This document shows positions 39,282 through 48,978 of a stretch of 64,000 nt of DNA, piece after piece. The stretch comes from a virus. The position numbers and the translations under genes were made by a program. The stretch is taken from IMG/VR virus record IMGVR_UViG_3300018080_000138, positions 1-64,000 of that record; one strand, 5' to 3'. The stretch's first letter is position 1; each line of letters starts with the position of its first letter. Below the pieces are notes generated by a model that searched no databases, was not told where the DNA came from, and saw nothing but the letters and a program-made list of their open reading frames with translations.

Positions 39282-39888
39282 ATTAAAACATTCTATTGAG
39301 AGAATAGAAAAACAATTAAATATGTATAATAGTATGAGAATGAGTATTAAATATCATGAAGTTGAGTTAGAAAAAATTAACTCAGAATTATTGATTCAAG
39401 AAAAGAGTTTTTCCGTACTAAAGAAGGCACAAGAGGGAGTTACGGATATCCATAGTAGGCTTGAGGCAATGCAGTCGTATGCCTTAAGTTATATTTTAGA
39501 GCAGAATGTAAAATTTTCTTTTAACTTTTCTTCTGCAAAGTCTGGTTCAATGAGGTTTAAATTGTCATTGGATAATTCTAAACAGAAGACAGATATCTGT
39601 GGGTCAAGGGGTGGCGGTGTTGAAGACATAATGAGTTTTTTGTTTCGTGTGATTTGTGTATTAACACGAAAACAACGAAAATTTATAGCATTAGATGAAC
39701 CATTTACTGCGATATCACAGAATAAATTTGAACGTTTGATGGAATTTATTGCCATGATAGTAAAAAAAACAGGTTTACAGCTTTTAATTGTTACACATAA
39801 AAAACAATTATTAGACATAGCCGATGTTAAGTATAAGGTAAATCTTATAGATGGGAGTACTAAAATAAAAAGGTTAAAAAATGGTTAA
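39271..39888 (+). CDS. SbcC/Rad50 C-terminal half (signature, Walker B, H-loop)
   Basis: GSRGGG, FIALDEPF, LIVTH. Confidence 0.85.
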   Translation: MRNRLKHSIERIEKQLNMYNSMRMSIKYHEVELEKINSELLIQEKSFSVLKKAQEGVTDIHSRLEAMQSYALSYILEQNVKFSFNFSSAKSGSMRFKLSLDNSKQKTDICGSRGGGVEDIMSFLFRVICVLTRKQRKFIALDEPFTAISQNKFERLMEFIAMIVKKTGLQLLIVTHKKQLLDIADVKYKVNLIDGSTKIKRLKNG

Positions 39889-41002
39889 TCTTGCAATAAA
39901 GTACAGACCGGTAACATTTGATAAAGTAATTGGACAAGAAGTAACTGTAAAAATACTTAAAAATATGGTAAAAACAAAGGACATATGCTTATCCTATGTA
40001 TTTTCTGGATCGTTTGGTACTGGAAAGACAACGTTAGCACGTATTTTTTCACGGGCTATAAATTGTGAGAATAAAGAATTTGGGTATAATCCCTGTAATA
40101 AATGCCATACATGTAAAAGTATTAGTTCAGATACTGCAATGGATGTTGTAGAAATGGATGCAGCATCCAATGGTCTTGTTAATGATATTAGAAATTTATC
40201 AGAGGCCGCAAAGTATAAACCAATTATTAATTATAAGGTTTTTATACTTGATGAAGCACATAGTATAAGTAATACGGCATTTCAGGTGTTTTTAAAGATG
40301 CTTGAGGTACAGGGAAAAGCCGTATTTATTTTTTGTACAACAAGAAAAGATAAGATTCCTGAGACAATTTTATCAAGAAGTAGTGTTCATGATTTTTACC
40401 CTGTATCTGATGTGGATATTTTTTCTTTACTTAAAGATATAGCAGGTAAAGAAAATTTAAAATATGATGAGAAGGCATTGAAAATTATAAGTAAGTTGTC
40501 AGATGGATCAGTCAGAAATGCATTGACTGTATTGAGTGATTTATCAACAATTGAAATAAGTGTGGCAAATACAGTAAAGTTATATGGATTGGTAACTAAT
40601 AAATATTCTGATAGTATTTTTGAGTATTTATTCTCAGGAAGTGTAAACAATGCACTTAGATTGACTGTAAATGAGATAAATAAAGGAAGTGACATTAAAA
40701 ATATGATTAAGTCGTTATCAAACACGTTACTTGATATTGTAAGTGCAAAATATAAGTGTTACCAGAGAATAAACGGATCATTAGAAAGAAAGAAAAGAAT
40801 CTCAAAGTTAGCCCTAAAATTAAAAAATGGTATACCTTCTAAGTTATTTACGGAATTTTGTAATGCTGATTTTAATCTTCGTTCATTAATCCCAAGTAAT
40901 ATAACTATGTTATTATTAATTTCATCAATGGCAGAAGTAATTGGAGTTGAGCAGAGAAATATATTGGATGTTTCTGATATTGAGAGGTTAATAAATGAGT
41001 GA
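39881..41002 (+). CDS. dnaX: clamp loader gamma/tau ATPase subunit
   Basis: LAIKYRP..F..VIGQ, GSFGTGKTT.ARI, C...PC..C..C, EMDAASN, ILDEAH, TILSR, GSVR.A. Confidence 0.95.
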   Translation: MVNLAIKYRPVTFDKVIGQEVTVKILKNMVKTKDICLSYVFSGSFGTGKTTLARIFSRAINCENKEFGYNPCNKCHTCKSISSDTAMDVVEMDAASNGLVNDIRNLSEAAKYKPIINYKVFILDEAHSISNTAFQVFLKMLEVQGKAVFIFCTTRKDKIPETILSRSSVHDFYPVSDVDIFSLLKDIAGKENLKYDEKALKIISKLSDGSVRNALTVLSDLSTIEISVANTVKLYGLVTNKYSDSIFEYLFSGSVNNALRLTVNEINKGSDIKNMIKSLSNTLLDIVSAKYKCYQRINGSLERKKRISKLALKLKNGIPSKLFTEFCNADFNLRSLIPSNITMLLLISSMAEVIGVEQRNILDVSDIERLINE

Positions 41003-41534
41003 TATAATAAAAAGAAATGAACTTATTTTAGCAATGATCCCAAAAGGTAGAGGGATGGTAGCAAAGTCAGAATATTTTAAGAAAATAATTAAGTTTTTTC
41101 TTCAAGGTTATAGCCCTGAGGTGATAGCCAGAATACTTCGTTTAAAACATGGAAGTAAGATTACAGCCGATTCTATAAGAAAGTATGTAAAGAGATATAT
41201 TGATCCAAAGTTATTAAAATATCATTTAATTCTAAGAAACAAACTGAGAAAAAACTCAGTATATGTCGCAATAGAAGAGTTGTCTGCAATACAAGAGAAT
41301 AGATTGTATAATTTACTTAGACTTGAGAAAAAAAGTAAGGACAAATATATATCTGACGCAAGGTTTGAGATAGGTACACTGTTAAATCTTTATAAAGCAT
41401 TAAATTCAATGGACGTTATTGTTACTGAGGATGAGATTACTGCTAAGCAAGATTTAAGTTTTTCAAGTGATGGTGTTAGAGTTGATAAGGTAGTATCTCT
41501 TGCTAAAAGGATAAAACAAATAAGAGGTTATTAG
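40995..41534 (+). CDS. putative terminase small subunit
   Basis: N-terminal HTH (GYSPEVIARIL) plus helices; directly upstream of the terminase ATPase. Confidence 0.55.
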   Translation: MSDIIKRNELILAMIPKGRGMVAKSEYFKKIIKFFLQGYSPEVIARILRLKHGSKITADSIRKYVKRYIDPKLLKYHLILRNKLRKNSVYVAIEELSAIQENRLYNLLRLEKKSKDKYISDARFEIGTLLNLYKALNSMDVIVTEDEITAKQDLSFSSDGVRVDKVVSLAKRIKQIRGY

Positions 41535-42700
41535 TGAGTGTTAGACGTGAGGTAGAAAATCTTACTGATTCTGAGAAACAACTATTGAGAAAGATGTTGG
41601 ATGATGAGATTTTTTATAAGGAAGTAATAGATAATATTTATATTTGTGATAAGGTGGGAATTCAGCAATTTATTGAAGATGAAAATTATCTTGGAAGTGG
41701 TGATGAGATTTGGCCGGCAATAAAAAACGATCTTATTAAGATATATGAGTTGGGGGTTCGAGAAGCATTTATGGTGGAGGGTATAGGTGCTGGTAAATCA
41801 ACAAAGACGGCTCTTGCGTTGTGTTATGAGTTATTTAAATTAGGGAGGTTAAAAAATCCACAAAGATACTATGGTTTACGTTCAAAAACAAAAATTGCTG
41901 TTATTAATATGTCAATTAGAGCAACACAGGCAAAGGATGTGTTGTTTGATGATATCCAAAGTTTAATAGGAATGTCACCTTGGTTTAATAAATTTTTTAA
42001 GCCAGATCAGAAAGTCCATTCAAAACTTAAATTTCCTAATAATATTTTTGCTATTCCTGGAAATTCACAGGAATCACTTCCAATAGGATTTACGTTAAAA
42101 GCCGCAGCATTGGATGAAGCGGCACATTTTATGACTAAATTTCATATTGGTGATGATATGGATCAAAGTAGAAATGTTTACCTTTCATTATTGAAGAGAT
42201 TAAGATCAAGATTTATGGATTATTTATTAATTGTTTGTACATCTCCGAGATTGGTAGAAGATTTGACTGAGAAGATGAGGGAAAAAGCACTAAAATCCAA
42301 TGGTGACATGTTTTGGATAAGAAGACCACTATGGAAAGCAAAACCAAAAGGATATTATGCAAATGATTATTTTGTCTATGATGAGAGGCATCAAAAAATA
42401 ATTGGTTCGGCAAAGGATGTTATTGAGTGTGTGTTTGGTAAAATAGATGGATTTGAGAAACTATGTCTTGAGGAGGTTCAGTACTTGGTTAATTTAATGT
42501 ATAATTATAAGCCTGAAGCGGTTAGTGATTATGTTATTGACGAGACATTGGAGGTAGTAGACCCTGGATTAGGAATAACAAGGGCCGATGCTGATCTAAG
42601 TGTTGTTAATATTCTTGATAGTATTAGTAACCTTGAGAAAGATGATGAGTTCGATTCTATTGAAGATATTTCCGAGAGCGCTGAGGTGCTCACTATATGA
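41534..42700 (+). CDS. terminase large subunit, ATPase domain
   Basis: GIGAGKST Walker A, QA...F, LDEA Walker B, SRF, TSP coupling motif. Confidence 0.85.
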   Translation: MSVRREVENLTDSEKQLLRKMLDDEIFYKEVIDNIYICDKVGIQQFIEDENYLGSGDEIWPAIKNDLIKIYELGVREAFMVEGIGAGKSTKTALALCYELFKLGRLKNPQRYYGLRSKTKIAVINMSIRATQAKDVLFDDIQSLIGMSPWFNKFFKPDQKVHSKLKFPNNIFAIPGNSQESLPIGFTLKAAALDEAAHFMTKFHIGDDMDQSRNVYLSLLKRLRSRFMDYLLIVCTSPRLVEDLTEKMREKALKSNGDMFWIRRPLWKAKPKGYYANDYFVYDERHQKIIGSAKDVIECVFGKIDGFEKLCLEEVQYLVNLMYNYKPEAVSDYVIDETLEVVDPGLGITRADADLSVVNILDSISNLEKDDEFDSIEDISESAEVLTI

Positions 42701-43446
42701 AAATTGAAAGTATAAAAATTCATTCAGACTCAATATTAACTGTTATCCCAAGTCATTTCCTTCCAGATTACCAGGAAGATGCTGGTAAGGCACATAGAGA
42801 TTTTGGTGCAAAAACACATAGAGAATCAATAAGATTTATAAGAGATGAGTTATTAGTTGATTCTATGTTTGATCAGTCAGTTAGTAGACCAATAACAGAT
42901 AATCTTGTACTTTACCGGTGGTTTTTACCTAAGAAAAATTGTTATTACCATGCGCATATTGATCTTGGGTTTAACCATTGTAGTTGTGGTATTGCACTTG
43001 CTCACCAAGAGGGTTGGGGAACAGTAATTGATTTGGCCGAGTCATTATCGCCTAAGTTATTTGGTGGTGAGATAGATTTTGAAGAAATTAGGCAAATAGT
43101 AAAATCTCTTGTTTTAAGAAGATTTAATGTCACTGTCACATACGACAGTTTTCAGTCATTTGATAGTATACAACAGTTAAGACAAGGTGGGATAATTGCT
43201 GATTTATTTTCAGTAGATAGAGATATGAGAGCATATATTTCGTTGAGAAGAGGGTTATATGAGAAGTCTATCAAATGTTATTTTTCTGAGAAGTTAAGAA
43301 ATGAGCTTCTTGGTTTAGTAAGAAGTGGTGATAAAATTGATAAGCCTGTTAATGGTTCAAAGGATCTTTCTGATGCTGTTGCAGCAGCAGTATACCATTG
43401 CAGAGAGTTTTCAAATAGATTAATCACAGAAGGGAAGGTGGTATAA
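42697..43446 (+). CDS. terminase large subunit, nuclease domain
   Basis: HIDLG, TYDSFQS, IDKP.NGSKDLSDA RNase H-like acidic triad. Confidence 0.85.
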   Translation: MKIESIKIHSDSILTVIPSHFLPDYQEDAGKAHRDFGAKTHRESIRFIRDELLVDSMFDQSVSRPITDNLVLYRWFLPKKNCYYHAHIDLGFNHCSCGIALAHQEGWGTVIDLAESLSPKLFGGEIDFEEIRQIVKSLVLRRFNVTVTYDSFQSFDSIQQLRQGGIIADLFSVDRDMRAYISLRRGLYEKSIKCYFSEKLRNELLGLVRSGDKIDKPVNGSKDLSDAVAAAVYHCREFSNRLITEGKVV

Positions 43447-43448
43447 GT

Positions 43449-43748
43449 ATGAAAAATATTAAAAAGTCTGCAAAAAAAGTTACGGGAAATATTTTTTGTA
43501 AGTATTGTAGAAAAATTACCTCACATAGGGTATCAATAGACATAGGGTACGGAAAAGTGGTGGTTATGTGTCTGAGCTGTTTAAGAATAGTACATTCTGT
43601 TTCATTACAGACATTTGATAAATATATTCAGGAAAAAAAAGATAGTATAAAAAAGATAAAGATTGCAGTGCTTGATGATATAAAGTCGTTGGATAGTGCC
43701 AAGCAAGATTTAATCAATAAATTTATTGAGAAAGTAGATGGAAAATGA
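43449..43748 (+). CDS. Zn-finger hypothetical protein
   Basis: CKYC...H...CLSC. Confidence 0.55.
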   Translation: MKNIKKSAKKVTGNIFCKYCRKITSHRVSIDIGYGKVVVMCLSCLRIVHSVSLQTFDKYIQEKKDSIKKIKIAVLDDIKSLDSAKQDLINKFIEKVDGK

Positions 43749-44035
43749 AAAGAAGTACTAAGTTACATCAAAGAATTAGTTTAATTGCTGACGAAGTCCA
43801 TCAAATAGCCATTAAACAGGCAGAGGTAAAAGGATTATTTGATTCTTTAAAGGCAAATATATTAAAAGATTTTAACGAAGCTATTTCTGAGATCCGTGTA
43901 TTGTATGATGTAAAATTACAGAAGCATGATGATGAGTTAGAGGAATTACACTCAAAGTTTAAGATAAGAACAACACTTTTTGTTATTTTTATGATAGTAA
44001 TTGAAGCAGTTGCCGTTGTGTTGAAGACATCATAA
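43745..44035 (+). CDS. coiled-coil protein with C-terminal TM helix
   Basis: Heptads followed by TLFVIFMIVIEAVAVVL. Confidence 0.55.
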   Translation: MKRSTKLHQRISLIADEVHQIAIKQAEVKGLFDSLKANILKDFNEAISEIRVLYDVKLQKHDDELEELHSKFKIRTTLFVIFMIVIEAVAVVLKTS

Positions 44036-44051
44036 TATATTTTATTAAGTA

Positions 44052-44999
44052 TTGGTGATAATGGTACGTGATAATCAGATTGGTTTGCTACAGTTTTGCA
44101 GTGAGCAAAGAAAAATTCTTATACTAAGATCGATAGGTGGTATTGGTGACATTATTAATACACGGCCTTTATTTAAACAGATAGCCGAGTTGTCTAATGG
44201 AAGTGAAATAACTTATGGATTACCGAGGGAATATATCTCATTAGTTATTGATCATCCGTATATTGATGCTGTATTGCCAATAGATTTAATAGATCAGGAT
44301 GAGTATGCCTGGGTCGGTGATACAACTAATAAGGCTGGAAATTATGAATATAAGCATTTACCTAATATTAGTTTACATCGGTCAGAGATTTGGGCAAGAT
44401 ATCTTGGATTTAATTTAGAAAACCATGACTATAATATTACCTTTTATAATAATGAAAAAAAATTGCAGGAAGAATTTATTGACGATTATTCTAATAAGGA
44501 GATTTTTATTGGATTAATGACTAAGACATCACATCCATCTAAGGATTGGTTTGATCATAGATGGATTGAACTTATAGATAGAATAAAAAGTGAGTATAAT
44601 AATATACATGTATTTAGGTTTGGTATGAAAAAGCCAAAAATGAGTAATGTTATAGATGTTGATACAAGAGGTAATCTTAGAAAATGGATGTATCTTACTG
44701 CTACAATGAATCTTATTATTACTCCGGCGACGTCCATGTTTTGTCTTGCCAACGCATTACATATACCAACTGTCGCAATTTTTGGCGTCGAAGATGGTCT
44801 TGTTTACGGCAAATATTTTAATGAATGTATTGTAGTAGAAAGAAGGAAAAAGGATGGTATTAAGTGGAGTAGTTGTCCATGTTGGGGCAGTCAGTATTGT
44901 TCTCATAGATTAGTAGATGGGATGGTAGAATGTATGCGGAGTATAACCGTTAATGAGGTATTATCTACACTTAGGAAAAAGTTAGATGCACTTATCTAA
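44052..44999 (+). CDS. GT9 (heptosyltransferase-like) glycosyltransferase
   Basis: GGIGDII, HPYID, SKDW...W, LA.AL.IPTVAIFG, CPCW...C...CM.SI. Confidence 0.85.
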   Translation: MVIMVRDNQIGLLQFCSEQRKILILRSIGGIGDIINTRPLFKQIAELSNGSEITYGLPREYISLVIDHPYIDAVLPIDLIDQDEYAWVGDTTNKAGNYEYKHLPNISLHRSEIWARYLGFNLENHDYNITFYNNEKKLQEEFIDDYSNKEIFIGLMTKTSHPSKDWFDHRWIELIDRIKSEYNNIHVFRFGMKKPKMSNVIDVDTRGNLRKWMYLTATMNLIITPATSMFCLANALHIPTVAIFGVEDGLVYGKYFNECIVVERRKKDGIKWSSCPCWGSQYCSHRLVDGMVECMRSITVNEVLSTLRKKLDALI

Positions 45000-45282
45000 G
45001 AATAAAATAAAAAAGATATTGAAGTATAAATCCGGAGATTTATTTGATATAAAAAAATTACAACCTGTGGTATTGGGATTACTTAGAAAAATACGATTTG
45101 AAGGCGATGTTATTGTTTCAAAAGAAGTATTTCTTGAGTGTTCGGTCTGTAATGAAAGTATAGAATTTTTATTAGAATTTTTATGTTATGTATTTGAACT
45201 TGATTTTGTGTTTGAGAAAGAAAATATAAGGATAAAGATAAAAAGTGACAGTAGGACAAATAATAGTAATAGTAAAAAATAA
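44986..45282 (+). CDS. hypothetical protein
   Basis: Overlapping operon-like arrangement. Confidence 0.45.
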   Translation: MHLSKNKIKKILKYKSGDLFDIKKLQPVVLGLLRKIRFEGDVIVSKEVFLECSVCNESIEFLLEFLCYVFELDFVFEKENIRIKIKSDSRTNNSNSKK

Positions 45283-45448
45283 GGGTAGAGTAAAAGTTAC
45301 TTTTAGGTCGTTAAGAAAATTAGTACCAAATAAACAGGCAACACAGACTGCAAGATCAATTGCGAAAAGGTACAATCTTTTGGTAAGGATAGACATAAAA
45401 GGAAAATTTGTTGTGTTTACAAGTAAAAAACAAAAGAGGAAAGGTTGA
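45245..45448 (+). CDS. small basic hypothetical protein
   Basis: Fills the gap and overlaps both neighbours. Confidence 0.4.
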   Translation: MTVGQIIVIVKNKGRVKVTFRSLRKLVPNKQATQTARSIAKRYNLLVRIDIKGKFVVFTSKKQKRKG

Positions 45449-46878
45449 GTATAATGTCATTTATTAAATCAGTAGTTACTGATGATATTAAAAAAGTTTT
45501 AGATAAAGTAGTGACAGGAAAAATATTATTAATTTATGGTAAGAATAAAACCATTACCACACAAGCAACTAATATTATATTAGGTAATACATTTGGATTA
45601 TTTGACAAATTTGAAGTAACAGATATTTTCTATAAAGATTTAGAAGGCCATATACAAAAATATGGAAAAGGTGGCTTTGATATTGTTCTAATGCTTGACT
45701 ACGATCCTGATATGGATACAAATAAGATATATTCTCTTTGTATTGCAGGTGGGTATATTGTTATTGCTGTCAATAAGTGTACCATGGTAAATGATTATAG
45801 TATAAAGAAATTTGAGGATGCGCACTGTGAACACTATCCAAAGTATGATTCTTATACCTTTGTTATAAGAAAAAATAAATTTTATACTGATTTATTGGAT
45901 AAAAAGGTTGCGATGATTTGTCCAGTGGATGATCACCCATTGCGAAAGATAGATAGACCAAAAACTCCTGCTCATTCATGGACTGAGTATATAAAGATAG
46001 TACCATTGGACGGGTTTTATGGTGTTCCAAGCCATAGACATTATAATGAACTTAGTAAATATGACATTATAATAGTAGTGTCATTTATTAATTACGCAAG
46101 TTCAATTATATCCATGCTAAAGACATGGTTTCCAGAGAAAAAAATTGGATTATATGCAGATTCCTATTTACTTAGTATGTTTAATGCGGGTGAAGGAAAT
46201 TGGCCTATTGCTGAGTTTTTGCATAATGCTAAGTTTTGTGACTTTTATGCGTATAATAGACCTGATGGTGATAGATTTTGGAAGTCATTTGTTCCCGAGC
46301 ATAGTGATAGATCTGTTTTTTTATCCTTTCCTATAGATGTTGGGTATATTAGAAAGAATTATTGTAGCAAGAATGTTGATAACTCAGTATTTGTTGCTGG
46401 TGATCATTTGTGTTCTTCTTCGGTGGCTTTTGTTGAAAAAAATTCTCCTGGTTCAATTATAAAGATGGTTGATTACCGTATCGGTAACCAACGTCCGCAG
46501 ATAGAACAATTTAAAATACATAAGGAAATTTTTCCTAAAGTATCACAGGATGAGTTTTATAGGATAATTTCAAATAGTAAGTTCTGTGTTTATTTTGATA
46601 CAAAAGGATCAGTTGGTAGAATTCCAAGAGATATGGCTGCACTACGTATTCCTTGTGTTGGATTTTCATGTACAGGTTATCAGCAGCAACTTTTTCCAAG
46701 TATGACGATCGAAAATCTTACGGAACTTGGTAGGTTAGCAAATAGATTACATACCCTGGAAAAGGAAATTATAAGAGAAGATGTATTGAGTGTATCTGAT
46801 AAATGGATAAAGGAATATGATATTGAAGAAAGTATTAAAAGATTTTATAAGTTCGTAGAATTTGTTACTAATTTATAA
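45445..46878 (+). CDS. methyltransferase-like N-domain fused to a GT-B glycosyltransferase
   Basis: FDIVL...GGYIVI Rossmann-like N-terminus; C-terminal F...ISNSKF...S.GRIP.D.AA...PCVG. Confidence 0.55.
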   Translation: MSIMSFIKSVVTDDIKKVLDKVVTGKILLIYGKNKTITTQATNIILGNTFGLFDKFEVTDIFYKDLEGHIQKYGKGGFDIVLMLDYDPDMDTNKIYSLCIAGGYIVIAVNKCTMVNDYSIKKFEDAHCEHYPKYDSYTFVIRKNKFYTDLLDKKVAMICPVDDHPLRKIDRPKTPAHSWTEYIKIVPLDGFYGVPSHRHYNELSKYDIIIVVSFINYASSIISMLKTWFPEKKIGLYADSYLLSMFNAGEGNWPIAEFLHNAKFCDFYAYNRPDGDRFWKSFVPEHSDRSVFLSFPIDVGYIRKNYCSKNVDNSVFVAGDHLCSSSVAFVEKNSPGSIIKMVDYRIGNQRPQIEQFKIHKEIFPKVSQDEFYRIISNSKFCVYFDTKGSVGRIPRDMAALRIPCVGFSCTGYQQQLFPSMTIENLTELGRLANRLHTLEKEIIREDVLSVSDKWIKEYDIEESIKRFYKFVEFVTNL

Positions 46879-46898
46879 CTGAGAGGTAGGAGGTAGGT

Positions 46899-47516
46899 AT
46901 GATACCATTTGATATTAATAGTAGTACATTAGATAATAATAATAAAGATAAGGTAGTTATTGAAGAACCGACAGTATTGGAAGTATCTGGGAATAAAATT
47001 TTCTTTTATTCGGAAATTGATAGGTCATCTATTCTAACCTTAAATAAGACGATAACAAATAAAAGTTCTGGTTATATGGCAGAGCAGGCTGATTACCAAG
47101 CAAATGAACCATATCCGATTTATCTCCATATTAATAGTTATGGTGGTGGTGTGTTTCAAGGATTGGCTGGTATGGATAGGATATTGGCAGTTCGTAAGGA
47201 TACACCAATTAATACAGTAATTGATGGTTGTTGTGCATCTGCAGCGACTCTTTTAAGTATTGTTGGTAGTAAAAGATATATTTATAAGCATGCATTTATG
47301 TTGATCCATCAGTTATCCTCATTTTCATTTGGAAAATATTATGAAATTAAGGATAATATGGATAATCTTGACCGAATTATGGATATATTGAGAGAAATTT
47401 ACTTGGAATATACAAAAATTCCAAAGGAAAAGTTGGAAGAAATCTTAAAGCATGATTTATGGTTTGATGCAAAACAATGCTATGAGTATGGTCTTGTAGA
47501 TGCAGTATTGGGGTAA
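46899..47516 (+). CDS. clpP: ClpP-like serine protease
   Basis: HINSYGG, ASAAT (Ser), MLIHQ (His), DLW (Asp), GLVD. Confidence 0.88.
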   Translation: MIPFDINSSTLDNNNKDKVVIEEPTVLEVSGNKIFFYSEIDRSSILTLNKTITNKSSGYMAEQADYQANEPYPIYLHINSYGGGVFQGLAGMDRILAVRKDTPINTVIDGCCASAATLLSIVGSKRYIYKHAFMLIHQLSSFSFGKYYEIKDNMDNLDRIMDILREIYLEYTKIPKEKLEEILKHDLWFDAKQCYEYGLVDAVLG

Positions 47517-47585
47517 TGACTATAATATTTTATATTTATTTTTAATGTGTTGAAAATAAGTGGTATAATAGTCAAGGGAGGATTG

Positions 47586-47774
47586 ATGAATAGTGATTAT
47601 ATTAGAAAGTGCAAGAGAAAAAAAATATTTTATGATGAACTTGATGCTAAATTGGCCGGCCTTAGAATGTCATTGATACATAAAACTAATCTGAGTAATT
47701 ATGTATGTAAATATTGTGGTAATTGGCATATTGGAAGAAGTGATAAGATAAATTTTTATGGAGGATTAAAATAA
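47586..47774 (+). CDS. small Zn-finger protein
   Basis: C..K......A...Y.CKYCGNWH; GGGAGG RBS. Confidence 0.65.
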   Translation: MNSDYIRKCKRKKIFYDELDAKLAGLRMSLIHKTNLSNYVCKYCGNWHIGRSDKINFYGGLK

Positions 47775-47775
47775 T

Positions 47776-48654
47776 ATGTTTATCCCATATCAGGACGTTG
47801 AGAGGTTGGGTAACAGTGAAGTTGAGGGAATTCTCAATGGAAAATGTTATATTTTTCCAAAGTTGGATGGTACATGTTCATCATTGTGGTATAATAATGG
47901 TATACAGGCTGGCAGTAGAAGAAGGCAGTTAAGTATTCATAGTGATAATAGAGGATTTTATAAATCCACCTCTACTAATATTAGATTCATGAAATTGTTT
48001 AAAGAATACCCTAATCTCATGTTATATGGTGAGTGGTTAGTTCTGCATACTATTAAGGATTACCTTGACTCTGCATGGGGAAAGTTTTATGTGTTTGATA
48101 TATTGAAAGTCGGTGCTTCAACACTAACCTATTTGCCATATATTCTATACGAGGATATCCTTGTAAAGTTTGGTATTGATTTTATTCCATGTATTGGTGT
48201 GTTGGTTGACCCAACAATTGATGATGTGAAAAAATATCTTGATAAAAATACATATTTAATGAAGAAGGGGTATGGGGAAGGTATTGTCATTAAAAATTAT
48301 GATTTTGTCAATAGGTATGGAAGGACGACATGGGCAAAATTAGTTAGGGATGAGTATAGTCATGAAAATCGCAGAAAAAAGAAAAAAGTGGATAAGTCCT
48401 TTGTGGAAGAAATGATAGTTGAGAAGTTTGTTTCTCGTCATCTTATCGATAAAGTCTATGCTAAGATATGTAGTGATAATGGTGGGTGGAGTAGTAAATT
48501 TACCCAACAATTGTTGAATACGATATTTTATGATTTAGTGAGGGAAGAATCATGGAATATGGTTAAAAAATTTAAATATCCAACAATTAATTATAAGGTA
48601 TTAAAGGCTGTAACATTTAGTAGGATAAAAGTAATTAAAAAAGAATTGTTTTAA
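47776..48654 (+). CDS. ATP-dependent RNA ligase family (Rnl2-like) protein
   Basis: KLDG, LYGEW, FYVFDI, GEGIVIKN, WAKLV. Confidence 0.85.
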   Translation: MFIPYQDVERLGNSEVEGILNGKCYIFPKLDGTCSSLWYNNGIQAGSRRRQLSIHSDNRGFYKSTSTNIRFMKLFKEYPNLMLYGEWLVLHTIKDYLDSAWGKFYVFDILKVGASTLTYLPYILYEDILVKFGIDFIPCIGVLVDPTIDDVKKYLDKNTYLMKKGYGEGIVIKNYDFVNRYGRTTWAKLVRDEYSHENRRKKKKVDKSFVEEMIVEKFVSRHLIDKVYAKICSDNGGWSSKFTQQLLNTIFYDLVREESWNMVKKFKYPTINYKVLKAVTFSRIKVIKKELF

Positions 48655-48672
48655 TATATAAGGAAATATATT

Positions 48673-48978
48673 GTGGAAAAAGATCAATTTTATTTTTCGT
48701 CATTTTATATTGATGATTTATTGGTGACAGAATGTGAGTTGCATGTTCATTATGATAAGATAAATGCGGAGTATAACCAACAGATTATATTTAAAGGTCG
48801 TGCAGTAAAGCATCCGAGTGATCAATTATATAGGGCATTTGGTAGAAAATTGGCATTGAGGAGAGCAACTGAAAATGCCATGGTTAAAGTTCCTAATTTT
48901 GATAAATGTAGAAGAAAAGCACTTTGGGATAAGTTTTATTCGTATAAATCTAACAAATCTTTATTGAAGAGGAAATGA
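48673..48978 (+). CDS. hypothetical protein
   Basis: G.A..HPSD...R..GRKLAL.RA, a pattern common in phage hypothetical proteins. Confidence 0.6.
   Translation: MEKDQFYFSSFYIDDLLVTECELHVHYDKINAEYNQQIIFKGRAVKHPSDQLYRAFGRKLALRRATENAMVKVPNFDKCRRKALWDKFYSYKSNKSLLKRK

Noticed and set aside
42300-42760. Intein or programmed frameshift joining the terminase halves
   Set aside because: No C/S...HN intein ends or canonical slippery heptamer seen; the junction is an ordinary ATGA overlap.
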